Shown: positions 37,001-47,389 of the stretch, in pieces
Layout of the letters: every line of letters begins with the position of its first letter
How positions within the stretch are numbered: position 1 is the stretch's first letter
Made by a program: the position numbers and the translations under genes
Notes under the pieces: generated by a model
What the model was told of the DNA's origin: nothing
The model's database searches: none
The model's input: the letters and a program-made list of their open reading frames with translations, nothing else
From: Lytechinus pictus
Lineage: Eukaryota
Direction of reading: 5' to 3'
Assembly (NCBI RefSeq): GCF_037042905.1
Contig: NC_087251.1
Location: forward strand, 20,772,001 to 20,832,000
Length of the DNA: 60,000 nucleotides

Positions 37001-39228
37001 TTTTCGCGATAAATCCGCTGCCCAAAATTTTTCAACCGTGCTGCTCGACGAGTTTTGTCTCACCTGCGAAGCAGAGTGAGACTATAGGCGCCGCTTTTCT
37101 GACGGCGGCGTCAACACCAAATCTTAACCGAAGGTTAAGTTTTTGAAATGACAGCATAACTTAAAAAGTATATGAACCTAGTTCATGAAACTTGGTCATA
37201 AGGTTAATCAAGTATTACTAAACATCCTGCCTGAGTTTTGAGTCATATGACCAAGGTCAAAGGTCATTTAGGGTCAATGAACTTAGACCATGTTGGGGGA
37301 ATCAACATCAAAATCTTAACCTAAGGTTAAGTTTTTGAAATATCATCATAACTTAGAAAATATATGGACCTAGTTCATGAAACTTGGACATAAGGTTAAT
37401 CAAGTATTACCAAACATCCTGCCTGAGTTTTTAGTCACATGATTAAGGTCAAAGGTCATTTAGGGTCAATGAACTTTGGCCAAATTGGGGGTATTTGTTG
37501 AATTACTATCTTAACTTTAAAAGTTTATGGATCTGATTCATGAAACTTGGACATTAGAGTAATCAAGTATCACTACACATCCTGTGCGAGTTTTAGGTCA
37601 CATGATCAAGGTCAAAGTTCATTTAAGGTCAATGAACTTTGGCAGAGTTGGGGGTATTTGTTGACTTACCATCATAACTTTGAAAGTTTATTGGTCTAGT
37701 TCATACAACTTGGACATGAGAGTAATCAAGTATTACTGAACATCCTGCGCAAATTTCAGGTCACATGACCAAGGTCAAAGGTCAATGAACTTTGGCCATG
37801 TTGGGGGTATATGTTGAATTACCATCATTACTTTGAAAGTTTATGGATCTGATTCATGAAACTTGGACATAAGAGTAATCAAGTATCACTGAACATCCTG
37901 TGCAAGTTTCAGGTCACATGACCAAGGTCAAAGGTCATTTGATGTCAATGAACTTTGGCCATGTTGGGGGTATATGTTGAATTACCATCATTACTTTGAA
38001 AGTTTATGGATCTGATTCATGAAACTTGGACATAAGAGTAATCAAGTATCACTGAACATCCTGTGCAAGTTTCAGGTCACATGACCAAGGTCAAAGGTCA
38101 TTTAATGTCAATGAACTTTGGCCATGTTGGGGGTATTTGTTGATTTACCATCATAACTCTGTAAGTGTATTGGTCTATTTCATAAAACTTGGACATAAGA
38201 GTAATCAAGTAACACTGAACATCCTGTGAGAGTTTCAGGTCACATGACCAAGGTCAAAGGTCAATGGACTTTGGCCATGTTGGTGGTATTTGTTGAATAA
38301 CCACCATAACTCTGAAAGTGTATGGATCTAGTTCATAAAACTTGGACATAGAATAATCAAGTATCATTGAACATCTCATGTGAGTTTCAGGTCACATGAC
38401 CAAAGTCAAAGGTCATTTAAGGTCATTGAACTTTGGTCATTGAAGATTGCTTTCATAACTTTCAAAGTTTAGAGATTTAGTTTATAAAATGTGGATATAG
38501 GGGTAATCAAGTATCACTGACAAGTCTTTAATAGGTTGCATGATCAAGGTCAAATATCATTTATTGTCAATGAACGTAGTATTGTGTCATTATATGAATG
38601 GTGTTTTTTTGTGAATAATTTTCAAGTATTAACCTTCCGTTATAAGAATTTATTTATTTATTTATTTATTTATTTATTCAAGGATATTTATTCAGGATGA
38701 CAAGATCAGTAAAAAAAACTATTTACATCATGGTCCTGACATTAAAAACATAAATACATGTAACCAATAATATATTTAAGATGAGATAAAAATCAAAGTA
38801 ATATCTAAAAATTTGTGCTTAAAGTGATACAATGCAATACAAGAAAATTTTCAACCTGTTATACAAAGAAATAAAGTAAATGTAATTAAATTAAATTATT
38901 TATCAACGAATTAAAGTACACAATTCAGAGACAAAGTGTATGAATTAATGGTTACAGAACTATATAAAGATCGATAAAAATCAGGATAATAATACATATT
39001 CATAAGTTGAACACTGATATGAGATAAAAATGAAAAAAAGTGGTATAATTTACATAAAAGTATTCAAAAAATAATAACTCTATCAAACACTTATTAATTC
39101 ATTTTCTCATCAATGTTTAGAGATGAAACATGGCCTTTTATTGTTCTTTGTTGTTGTTTCAGGGTGGAGCAGTGATTGACAGTTTCACTCTTATCAAAGA
39201 CAAGCATGGTCCAGAAGCATGGCTGTAA
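21918..39228 (+). CDS. ACP7: Acid phosphatase type 7 (purple acid phosphatase long form), complete, 450 aa; join(21918..22086,23929..24129,25658..25840,27692..27815,28498..28566,31171..31285,32361..32474,34670..34706,35325..35464,36014..36148,39163..39228)
   Basis: Eleven GT-AG exons total 1353 nt with no internal stop. Signal peptide, [10 protein letters not shown]3-like N domain, and PAP motifs [38 protein letters not shown]; ends [13 protein letters not shown]. Confidence 0.96.
22712..23185. mobile_element. TA-flanked MITE
   Basis: Imperfect TIRs containing ccccaagtctgcgca; second copy at 14030. Confidence 0.75.
23929..24129 (+). CDS. ACP7: ACP7 exon 2
   Basis: [11 protein letters not shown]...[18 protein letters not shown]; tag/gtaagt. 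Confidence 0.93.
24860..25463. mobile_element. Kolobok/T2-type MITE
   Basis: TTAA TSDs; aggtcaagtcc / ggacttgtcct; long near-palindromic arms. Confidence 0.85.
25658..25840 (+). CDS. ACP7: ACP7 exon 3
   Basis: [10 protein letters not shown]...[15 protein letters not shown]...DAILHVG. Confidence 0.95.
27419..27677 (+). mobile_element. tRNA-derived SINE with (TAT)n tail
   Basis: A box tggcccagtgg, B-box-like gggttcagatt, body gtgctgcactcaa...gtgaggtaaat, tail gtgctatacaaatatcctatattattatt; the same tail recurs at ~35900-35980. Confidence 0.75.
27692..27815 (+). CDS. ACP7: ACP7 exon 4
   Basis: DFAYD...[25 protein letters not shown]. Confidence 0.95.
28498..28566 (+). CDS. ACP7: ACP7 exon 5
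   Basis: [23 protein letters not shown]; cag/gtatgt. Confidence 0.93.
29267..31055. mobile_element. Non-autonomous Tc1/mariner-type foldback element, 1.8 kb
   Basis: TA TSD, CAGTGCGTCCCAAAA termini, ~210-bp highly similar TIRs with longer degenerate extension; no transposase ORF. Confidence 0.88.
31171..31285 (+). CDS. ACP7: ACP7 exon 6
   Basis: [17 protein letters not shown]...QYNWLKADL. Confidence 0.93.
31300..31560 (+). mobile_element. 5'-truncated SINE with (CAT)/(TAT) tail
   Basis: gcaaggcatttatctacatttgccactctccacccaggtgt...aaatgggtacc body resembles the 27419 SINE. Confidence 0.55.
31823..32209 (+). mobile_element. Full-length tRNA-derived SINE with a Deu/Nin-like central domain
   Basis: A box tggctcagtcgg, B box ggttcgagtcc, centre gtccctcggataagacgtta...cacgtaaagaacacactgcactattcg, (AAT) tail. 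Confidence 0.8.
32361..32474 (+). CDS. ACP7: ACP7 exon 7
   Basis: [27 protein letters not shown] acceptor, gtaagt donor. Confidence 0.93.
33415..34361. mobile_element. Tc1/mariner-type MITE
   Basis: TA flanks; TIR c(a/t)gtg(c/t)atataaaaaaagttta(c/t)actt; partial inverted copy at 41536-42100. Confidence 0.75.
34670..34706 (+). CDS. ACP7: ACP7 exon 8 (37 nt)
   Basis: Strong polypyrimidine tract plus cag, gtaagt donor; [13 protein letters not shown] bridges the phases of exons 7 and 9. Confidence 0.88.
35325..35464 (+). CDS. ACP7: ACP7 exon 9
   Basis: [20 protein letters not shown]...[13 protein letters not shown]. Confidence 0.95.
36014..36148 (+). CDS. ACP7: ACP7 exon 10
   Basis: GCVERRDPF...[28 protein letters not shown]. 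Confidence 0.93.
36936..37050. mobile_element. One end of a piggyBac-like MITE
   Basis: TTAA+CCCT start, then G-run and aatttgcccccctc; cut off by the following element. Confidence 0.4.
37053..38620 (+). mobile_element. Helentron-associated (DINE-1/HINE-like) element with ~9 tandem 152-163-bp repeats, 3' end missing
   Basis: T-run, gtctcac...gtgagac short inverted repeat, ggcggcg microsatellite, then a tandem array (gaaacttggacataag...aggtcacatgaccaaggtcaaaggtca). Confidence 0.75.
39163..39228 (+). CDS. ACP7: ACP7 exon 11 (terminal)
   Basis: tttcag acceptor; [24 protein letters not shown]. Confidence 0.9.
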   Translation, partial: GGAVIDSFTLIKDKHGPEAWL

Positions 39229-40082
39229 TCACTTGAGCAGAGGTGGAAGAAATATTGTCTGTATAAATCATTATGAACACACACCTACATAGGCACACCT
39301 TCACTGGAAACAAATGACATCTATTTCCTATTGTTAGAAGCAATTTGTAACTCTACTTGCTTACTTTTCCTGTTTGAAATGCAATAATGGGACTTTGAAT
39401 ATATTTCTGAATTTTATCCTTTTCAAAAGTGGATTTACACATCTGAAATAAGTTTAATATAAGATTTGTTATTAACCTAAATTATGGAATTGAACTCTGT
39501 CGTGAATGGGTGGAGATGGGCTTGAATGTCATAAAAATTTGGATTTTTTTTTACATCTTTGGCACATTTTTTTTGCGTGTGTGTGTCTACCATATACTAA
39601 GATATTAATTTAGTGTTTGTGAGTGGGTGGGTGGAAGGAGCTCCTAACTTTATAAAATGAATGGGAAGAAAATCTATGAAGTGTGATTATTTTCATCAAG
39701 ATTTTTGTATAAGTGATATGATAATGTTTATGGATTATGATGAATAATTTCATTGTTTTTAACTAAATTACCATAACAAAAGTATGGAAAGTGAATAGTG
39801 AATGTGCAATCCTGTAGTAACAATTGATGATAAAAATTATTCAATGTTGGACAATTCGTAATGTGTACACACCCTGAAATATATTTGTTTTGAGTATTTA
39901 CTTATGATGTAAAATAGTGTGCTCACTGAATTTCAGCTGAATTTTTATGAAAGTTCCTTTAATTTTAGATTATGAAATCCAATCTGAATATGTTGAAAGC
40001 ACTGTTATTAGACACAGTTGCATACCATTTTTAAGTGCCTTGGACACAACTAGTCTCTATTAGACTGTGTTATCATTGCTGC

Positions 40083-40088
40083 AATAAA
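40083..40088 (+). terminator. Candidate ACP7 polyadenylation signal
   Basis: AATAAA about 850 nt after the stop, followed by T-rich sequence. Confidence 0.45.
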
Positions 40089-40303
40089 CGTTCTTTCACT
40101 TGAAAAATAGCATATTCATTTTTAGCAGATAATCATCTTAACACGGCTCCAAATATTGTTGCCAGGCAATAACTAACAATGTTGAAATATTTCAGCCTTA
40201 TTTCGGCCTCACTTTGGTTCTTTCGTCATGCATTTTTAGCCCCATTTGTAGCATGCACATGTAGTGTGATATATTTTGCACAGTGTAAGACGAACTCCAC
40301 TTG

Positions 40304-40498
40304 TGGGGCCCGTTTCATAAAACTTGTTATAATAACAAAGATGCAATAACAGTTTGAAATAATTCAATTTGATTGGCTTATTATAGCAATCTTGTTGTAG
40401 ATAGTGTGCATACGTTATTGTATCAAGTCTGTTTGAAAGGGATAACCTGACATTTATGGCATCATACACAGTTTTTTGGTCAGCCATGACTGGGCCCC
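40304..40498. mobile_element. PIF/Harbinger-like MITE (tentative class)
   Basis: ggggcccgtttcat / atgactgggcccc termini. Confidence 0.55.
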
Positions 40499-40940
40499 TG
40501 GGGGGCATTCAAAATATTTTTTGATGGGGATGTGCCCCTCTGAAATGGGGGTCTAAGAAATTGATTATATAAGGGTAAAGTACAGGGTCTTGGGAACTAA
40601 ATATATACCGCGCGGTGTGAAAAACAGGGTTTACGGAACAGGATCGTGGCACTGTAGGTACGGTTCACCATAGCGCTGTGAATGCGCTAGTCATGCATGG
40701 AGCGGCTACTTGTTATATGTAGGAAGTTGCGAAGCCGTACCATCTCTCGCATGTGATGCTCGCGCTTGACAATTTTGGCAGAGCTGGGGAACTGAGATGT
40801 CATGTAACGCGGGTGGCTTCTGAACTGAACTTTCGTCAATCAGAGTATCTAGAGAATTGAATATTAAGTCTGATAAAGGGGGTCAACAAAGTGGCACGTC
40901 CCCGTACCACCAATATATGTGAGTGCCCCCCCCCCCCCTT
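40499..40940. mobile_element. MITE with GGGGGCA(C/T)TCA termini
   Basis: ggggggcattca ... tgagtgcccccc. Confidence 0.55.
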
Positions 40941-41535
40941 CCAGGACTTGGCAATTAATAATTTACCAAAGTGCATTGATTTTAATCGGAAATTATACAT
41001 TATTTAATGCTATTGTTCTTGTATTCTGAATCATATACATATATTTTTCAACCATTGGTTACCCCAATAGGTTTTGATGAATCTCAGTATGAGCAATGTT
41101 TGGATTCTTTTCCAGATGAGGGGATGGGATGAATTACTTATGTAGTACTATGTTGTGTGAAAGATTGGATCTAAAATCTGATATGGCTTGATGAAATTTA
41201 TAATAAATATGCCAGAAAAAAAAAAATTGGTGCCCCTAATGTATGGGGTGTTGATATCACTTCTGATATTCGACAAAAAATTCAGGAAACATTTTACATT
41301 TGTAGCTTTCTGAGAAACAATAACTACTCTGTATTAGTGTTACCCAGAGAGGGTACTTGCTATATATATATATATATATATGCCTACATCCTACGAAAGG
41401 GCGAAGTCAATGAATGGGTTTATTCCGTCATAATACACATATAGACGTAAAGACGAAGGTAGAGGGCGTTAAGGTGCATTACAAACAACGAAATAAGACA
41501 AAAACATTCGCCTTGAACACAGATGTAGAGAAATA

Positions 41536-42100
41536 TAGTGCGTATAAAAAAAAGCTTACACTTAGAAAAAATCCTGTAAATTATACATTTGTAATATCCT
41601 GAAGATTTTTCCACATTTTAACATTGGTACAGATCCATTTAAGCAAATGACGATATAATCATCGAAAAATATTTCCGCTTGAGTGAGCACCACTTACTTT
41701 TGAAATGTTTGTGAAAAATGATTTGCGCAGAACTTTGAAATAGTTATGCGAATAAAAGTAGACCTTAATCATAAAGAACACGTGGAATCTAGCTAGTACA
41801 ATTGATTTGAAGATATCTTTTACCTTTTAAAATTTGTTTTCTTGCCCAAAACACTAAGAAGAGTGCGTCACCCCCATCCCACTCCCCCCACACACCAAGG
41901 CTATCGTGACAATATTTGCTTTACACTGAGCTGTGATTTACACGAAATGGCTTAGGCTTGATTTTCATTTTGTTAATCATTGTCAAGCTTGAGAAAAGTG
42001 TGGAGAAACAAGTATTAAATGAAAAATGAAATGTAAACCCACTTTAAATGATAAAAACTTAGTGAAAAAATGGAAATGTCTGAAATAAACTATTGTTCAG
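41536..42100. mobile_element. Partial inverted copy of the Tc1-type MITE at 33415-34361
   Basis: tttccgcttgagtgagcaccacttacttttgaaa is the reverse complement of ~34195-34228. Confidence 0.75.
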
Positions 42101-42392
42101 ATTACTCGCACATTAAAAAATGGCACATTTACATACAATTAAATAGAAAGAAAATGAAAGAAAAAATTATTGTGTACTAATATTCATGAATATTTTGTAT
42201 GTTTAATAGATGATTTATTAATAAAATACATGTATATATAGAACATTTTACTTCACTATGTAATGTCTGTTGATTCTATGTTTCACATTCCCTAATGCAT
42301 AATTTGTTACATTTACCAACTCTCATGTCAGATTGCCAAGCCTGGTGAAGCATTGTTGATTCATTCCTGGGTGTCTCCAATTAGTAATTAGG

Positions 42393-42680
42393 AAATAATA
42401 ACAATAATAGTGATAATAATAATAATAATAATTATGATTAATGATGATAATAATAATAATAATAAAAATAATAATAGTAATAATAACAAAGTTCATGGTT
42501 ATAATAATGATAATAATAATAATAATGAAAATAATAATAACAAAGTTCATAATGATGATGATGGTTATAATAATGATAATAATGATATAATAATAATAAT
42601 AATGATAATAATGACAGTAATAATAATAATATCAATAACATTTTAATGATAAAAATAGTGGTAAATGGTAACAATAATAA
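42393..42680. repeat. (AAT)n degenerate microsatellite
   Basis: Directly visible. Confidence 0.9.
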
Positions 42681-43351
42681 CTTTATCTGAATTGCAATAT
42701 TCATTTTGCATAATTTGTCAAATTATTTGACTGGAAATGAAGTCATTATTTATAAGAATTATAGGACCATTAACACTTGTTTGATGAAAACAATGTAAAC
42801 TGGTATTGAAATGAAGTCAAATGATCTGCTCAGAGATTATGAGAAAGTCCAGAGAGAAAGTTCAAACAAAGAAAAATATTAAAGCTCCATGGACAATGAT
42901 ATATTTAAGGGCTTTTCTAGCTATGACAAATTTATTTATTAATAGCTTTGCATCAAAATAATGCATCATTAAGATGTTCATATCCAAAATAGTGAGCAAA
43001 AGCCACAAAAGATGATGATGAAGAGAATACATCACAAACAGGAAAGAGAAGAAGACAAAAGGAGAGGGGGATAGAGAGAGAGAGAGAGAACAAGAAAAGG
43101 GGGAAGAGCAAGTGTGTGAGAGATCGAGAAGAGCTAGGGAAGATAGGGCCTAGTGGAAAGAAAGAAAGTAAATGGTATTCTACTACTTTTGAACTTGTAA
43201 ACATTTGACGAAACAGGTAGTCTTAAGGAGAGCATTTTTTCTTTTACTTCAATGAATCACATTTTTCTTGTTCTTTTTCCAATCTCTTTTTATTTTTCAC
43301 AATACCTTTATTAATTTCCTATCACAATATGGATCATTTCATTAGGCATAT

Positions 43352-43556
43352 ACCATCATCATCAATCATCAGCATGCAGGCATCAGTATCATATTCTTCA
43401 TCATTATGTAACTGCATTTTCATCACCAACATCTTCATCATCATCATCTGCACCACCACCACCATCAAACTTCCACCACCAACACTACCACTGCCACTAT
43501 CAACATCATCATGACCATCATCCCCATCATCACCATCATCATCAATCAATCATCAT
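43352..43556. repeat. (CAT)/(CAC)n degenerate microsatellite
   Basis: Directly visible. Confidence 0.85.
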
Positions 43557-44861
43557 CTATAATATTTTTTCCCCTCGGCAGAACAATAACCTCCCTCCGA
43601 TTCCCGTACCTATAATATATAGGTGAGCGGCCAGAAGCCCAAAAGTGCCTTATTTCTTGACTTTAATCCCCCCGGCTGGATCATAGCAAAATCATTCATC
43701 AAATTAAAGGAAATTTTCTGAATTTTTCGGAATTGGGCATTAAAAATGCCGTAATGTGTAGCATCACCATGGAAACCAGCCTTGAATAAGCCACGCCCAT
43801 TTTACATACTTATTGAATATTTCTTGTGAATATTGATTTTTTACTCATTAATTTAAATTATCAGGTATTTTTTCTTATTTTCAAAGGATATATCGACTAT
43901 ATATTGTAAGAAGACTTACTGAAAAACAACTTAGCATGAATTTTATGAACATTTTCTCAGAAATTGTTGCCTAGCAACAAAACTTTCCTTAGCAACCATT
44001 TAGCTCCTTAAGTAAACCACTTATTTTTCCATTTCAAACCTAACTTTTAACTTTTTAACTAGGTTAAATTAAACCAAATAAGTTGCACCAAAGAAATTTT
44101 GTAAAGTATTATTGAAAAATAATAAAAAGAACTGAAAACCCCCATTTTAGCCATTGCGAACCTCAAATAAATTTGCTAAGCTCTACCTGACATATCCCTT
44201 CACATCGTACAAATCGCCATATTATTGTTCATTTTGACTGCATTGATACACATACGTATACAAGTCACATACATTATATTATTTTGTGGTGAAAAAGTTG
44301 ATTGAGTTAATGATACCTGATCAATTAACATGCAGTATCTTGTCTTCAATAGAACAACAGCAAAATGACCATTTCATATTACCCATGGATACCAATTTAT
44401 TGCCTAGCAACGACTATTTTCCATAGCAACGACTATGTTAAACCTCTTCTCCCTGGACAAATCTGTGGAAAAATAGTCCATTATGAGCAACAATACTGAC
44501 ACAATTAACATATAGATGCATACAACCTTGTTTTCAATAATCATTCAACAAACTGACTATTTTATAGCTTCCATGGAGACAAATGTGTTGCCTAGAAACA
44601 ATATTTCCTTGCAACGGCAATGATACCACTCTTCATCTCGGCCAAATGTGCTCAGGAAGTTGTGCCATAGAGTAAAAATATTGAGAAAATTAACATATGA
44701 TTGTTTGTTATCGATAGGCAAACAGCGTTCCGGATTTGTACCATTATCTACTGACCAATTCCATTGCCTAGCAACACTATTTACCTTAGCAACGATGTAT
44801 TTTCCCCTTAAAAATCTTGAGGAAAATAATCCATTTTTAAGTGTGCAGTGCCATTTGGTAA

Positions 44862-45463
44862 AGGGATGGTCCAGGCTGAAAATATTTCTATCTAAATAAA
44901 TAGGGTAATTTCACAAGGCTAAATGCTGAAAATTTCTTAAAAATCGGAGAACAAACAAAGTTATTGAATTTTAAAGTTTATCAATATTTTTTGGAAACAG
45001 TTATATGCATATCGGCATGAATATTCATTAGATGGGCTGATGACGTCACATCCCCACTTTCCTTTTTGTTATGTTATTACATGAAATCATAAATGTTTCA
45101 TTATTTCATACATGTGTAAATGATGTGTCTGCATTAAGATGAAATAAGTTGCGGCAATAAATAACTAATGTACTTAATCAGTTGTCAATCCAATTGTTTT
45201 AGTTCTTGGTAGAACATTTTTGAATAATTTTAATTTCATATAATAAATACAAAAGAACAAGTAGGGATCTGACATCATCAGCCCACCTAATGAATATTCA
45301 TAAAGACATACCAAGAACTGTTTCACCGGAATAATGCAAATTTTTTTAAAATTAAATGACTTTGTTATTTGTTATCCGATTTTGATTAAATTTTCACCAT
45401 TTTGCTTTGTGAATTTTACTCTATTTATTGAGATATAGAGATTATCCAGCCTGGACCATCCCT
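44862..45463. mobile_element. Kolobok/T2-type MITE
   Basis: agggatggtccaggctg / cagcctggaccatccct; gtaa and ttaa flanks; long palindromic arms. Confidence 0.85.
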
Positions 45464-46194
45464 TTAAATAATATACCTACATGCATACTGGCAATGGTAA
45501 ATTAAAGGACACCACTTCATTTCTCTTATTTTAAAAAAGAAAATCATTTATCCTTGTTTGTATATTGCTTGTCTACCAATTCTAAACAGTACGATGAGCC
45601 TGGCATTTAAACTTTATGAAACAGCATGCAGCTTCACAGAGAAATTTAAATGTTGAAGATAAAAAGAGAATAATATGGTTTGGAGGATACATTGCTGGGT
45701 ACATAACATTTTTTTAGTGTGCTACAGTATAGGTATAGCATTGATGATATAATATAATGGACAACACTACTCTTCAGGCACAGTCCCTGATTAAAACTTC
45801 GATCATAAAGTGAGTCTTCACCTAAGGCTTGTACAAATATTTTTTTTAATTTTAGAGACCTCCTATACTCAATTAAGTCATTGGCAGAGGCTTTTGGCTG
45901 CATATTCAGATCACTTTCCTCGAGTGAATATGGAATGGTTAACAAATGGATCTGGCTTGTCATATAATACCTAATCATCCATGCATGTCCAACTTCCAAG
46001 GTTGTGTCTGTGTGGAGGCTGTAGCCCAAAGATGCCAAAGCTGTGAGTTCGACAGGTTTCCGTTGAAACTTTAATACTATAATAGTGTCACAAGTTTAAT
46101 CACACTTATAATGTCCCTTTCAATCTGATAACTGTCAAGAATCAGAGGGATGAAAGTATGAAAACTTGGGATCTTAAGCCTTAATATGGTGGTT

Positions 46195-46390
46195 GTTTAC
46201 CTGATTGCTAAGAAAGCATGAATGCTTGTAAGCAAACAACCAGAGGACCGACAGCTTAATGTCCTCTCCAAGACCTGGTAACATGGTAATGATGATGCGC
46301 CTTACAAAAGAGCACTTATGCACCAAGTGGGAATCAAATCCAGGTCACCGGAATCGGAAACCCCCGCTCTACCGACTGAGCTATCATTCC
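46195..46390 (-). mobile_element. tRNA-derived SINE
   Basis: Minus strand reads ggaatgaTAGCTCAGTCGGtagagcg...GGATTTGATTCCcac, then ggagaggacattaagctgtcggtcc body. Confidence 0.7.
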
Positions 46391-46429
46391 TGATTAGGCC
46401 AAGAAAAGGACAAGAAAACCATTAAGGAT

Positions 46430-47010
46430 AGAAAGGCTTACTAAATTGGAAGATCTGTACCACAGCTCTTGCTCTATGCTTCTCCACTGCTGAGTACGCA
46501 GCCCTTGGTGCTAAATATTGACCCCAAGTCTTGAATGTAGCTTGCAGAGCCATCACTGGCTGTTTGCGACTAACAGAAGTGAGTAATCTTTACCTACTCT
46601 GTATTATTGCCCCACCGTACGTCAGAAGAGAAGTCATCACCACAGATAAAAGAAAAAAAAAATCAAGAACATAGTATTCCACTCGTCAACCATGAACCTG
46701 CCAAGAGACTCAACAGAATCCCTTGATGACTCTGCACGCATGAAAGCGTCACCCTCTGGTTTAACAATCTCCAGTCTGTGATGCACAATATCACCTATGG
46801 ACTTAGTACATCACTATCCAGGTCCAAGTGAAGAATATATAGCCTACCTGACCTTGTTTGAATAGCCTATGGGGCTATAATAGGGATGGAGTAACTTCCT
46901 GCAACTGTAAGGATGATCATAGGATACAACACTTTTGTGTCTGCTCCCTCCTACTAGAGCTATGAACTGCCACTGCCTTTGCCACTGCACGAGAGTCTTT
47001 TCACAGGAAA
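46430..47010 (+). mobile_element. Decayed RTE-X-like LINE 3' fragment
   Basis: Translates TTALALCFSTAEYAA and LNVACRAITGCLRLTEVSNLYLLCIIAPPYVRRE. Confidence 0.7.
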
Positions 47011-47389
47011 GCTACATGTAATTCTTGTACCATTAACAGGATATGACATCTTTAATGACCTAAGAAGAAGTGTGTCATTAATTATCTTACTGGTAAAAGA
47101 CACCTATTTATGGTAATCTGACATTTTGGGGAAAAAATGATTATTTGCTCATGGGTTGTTAGATGGGGGATGGGGCAGGGACTTGATTGGCTCCTGATGG
47201 GGTTGTCGGTTATTAGGCTAAAACTTTGCTGAAAACGGTGCCTATATTCTGATTGTTAGTGTTTTAAGGTGAAAGAGCAAAGACATTCGATGCTAACAAT
47301 CTTACCCCATATCTACATACCCCCTTAAAAACAAACTCCTGCACCCCTAGGCTCCCTTTGGTCATAGTATACTACATGATTTTAAAGGG

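Noticed and set aside
37140..38580. CRISPR-like array
   Set aside because: Whole ~160-bp units are repeated without unique spacers, there are no cas genes, and it lies in a eukaryotic intron.
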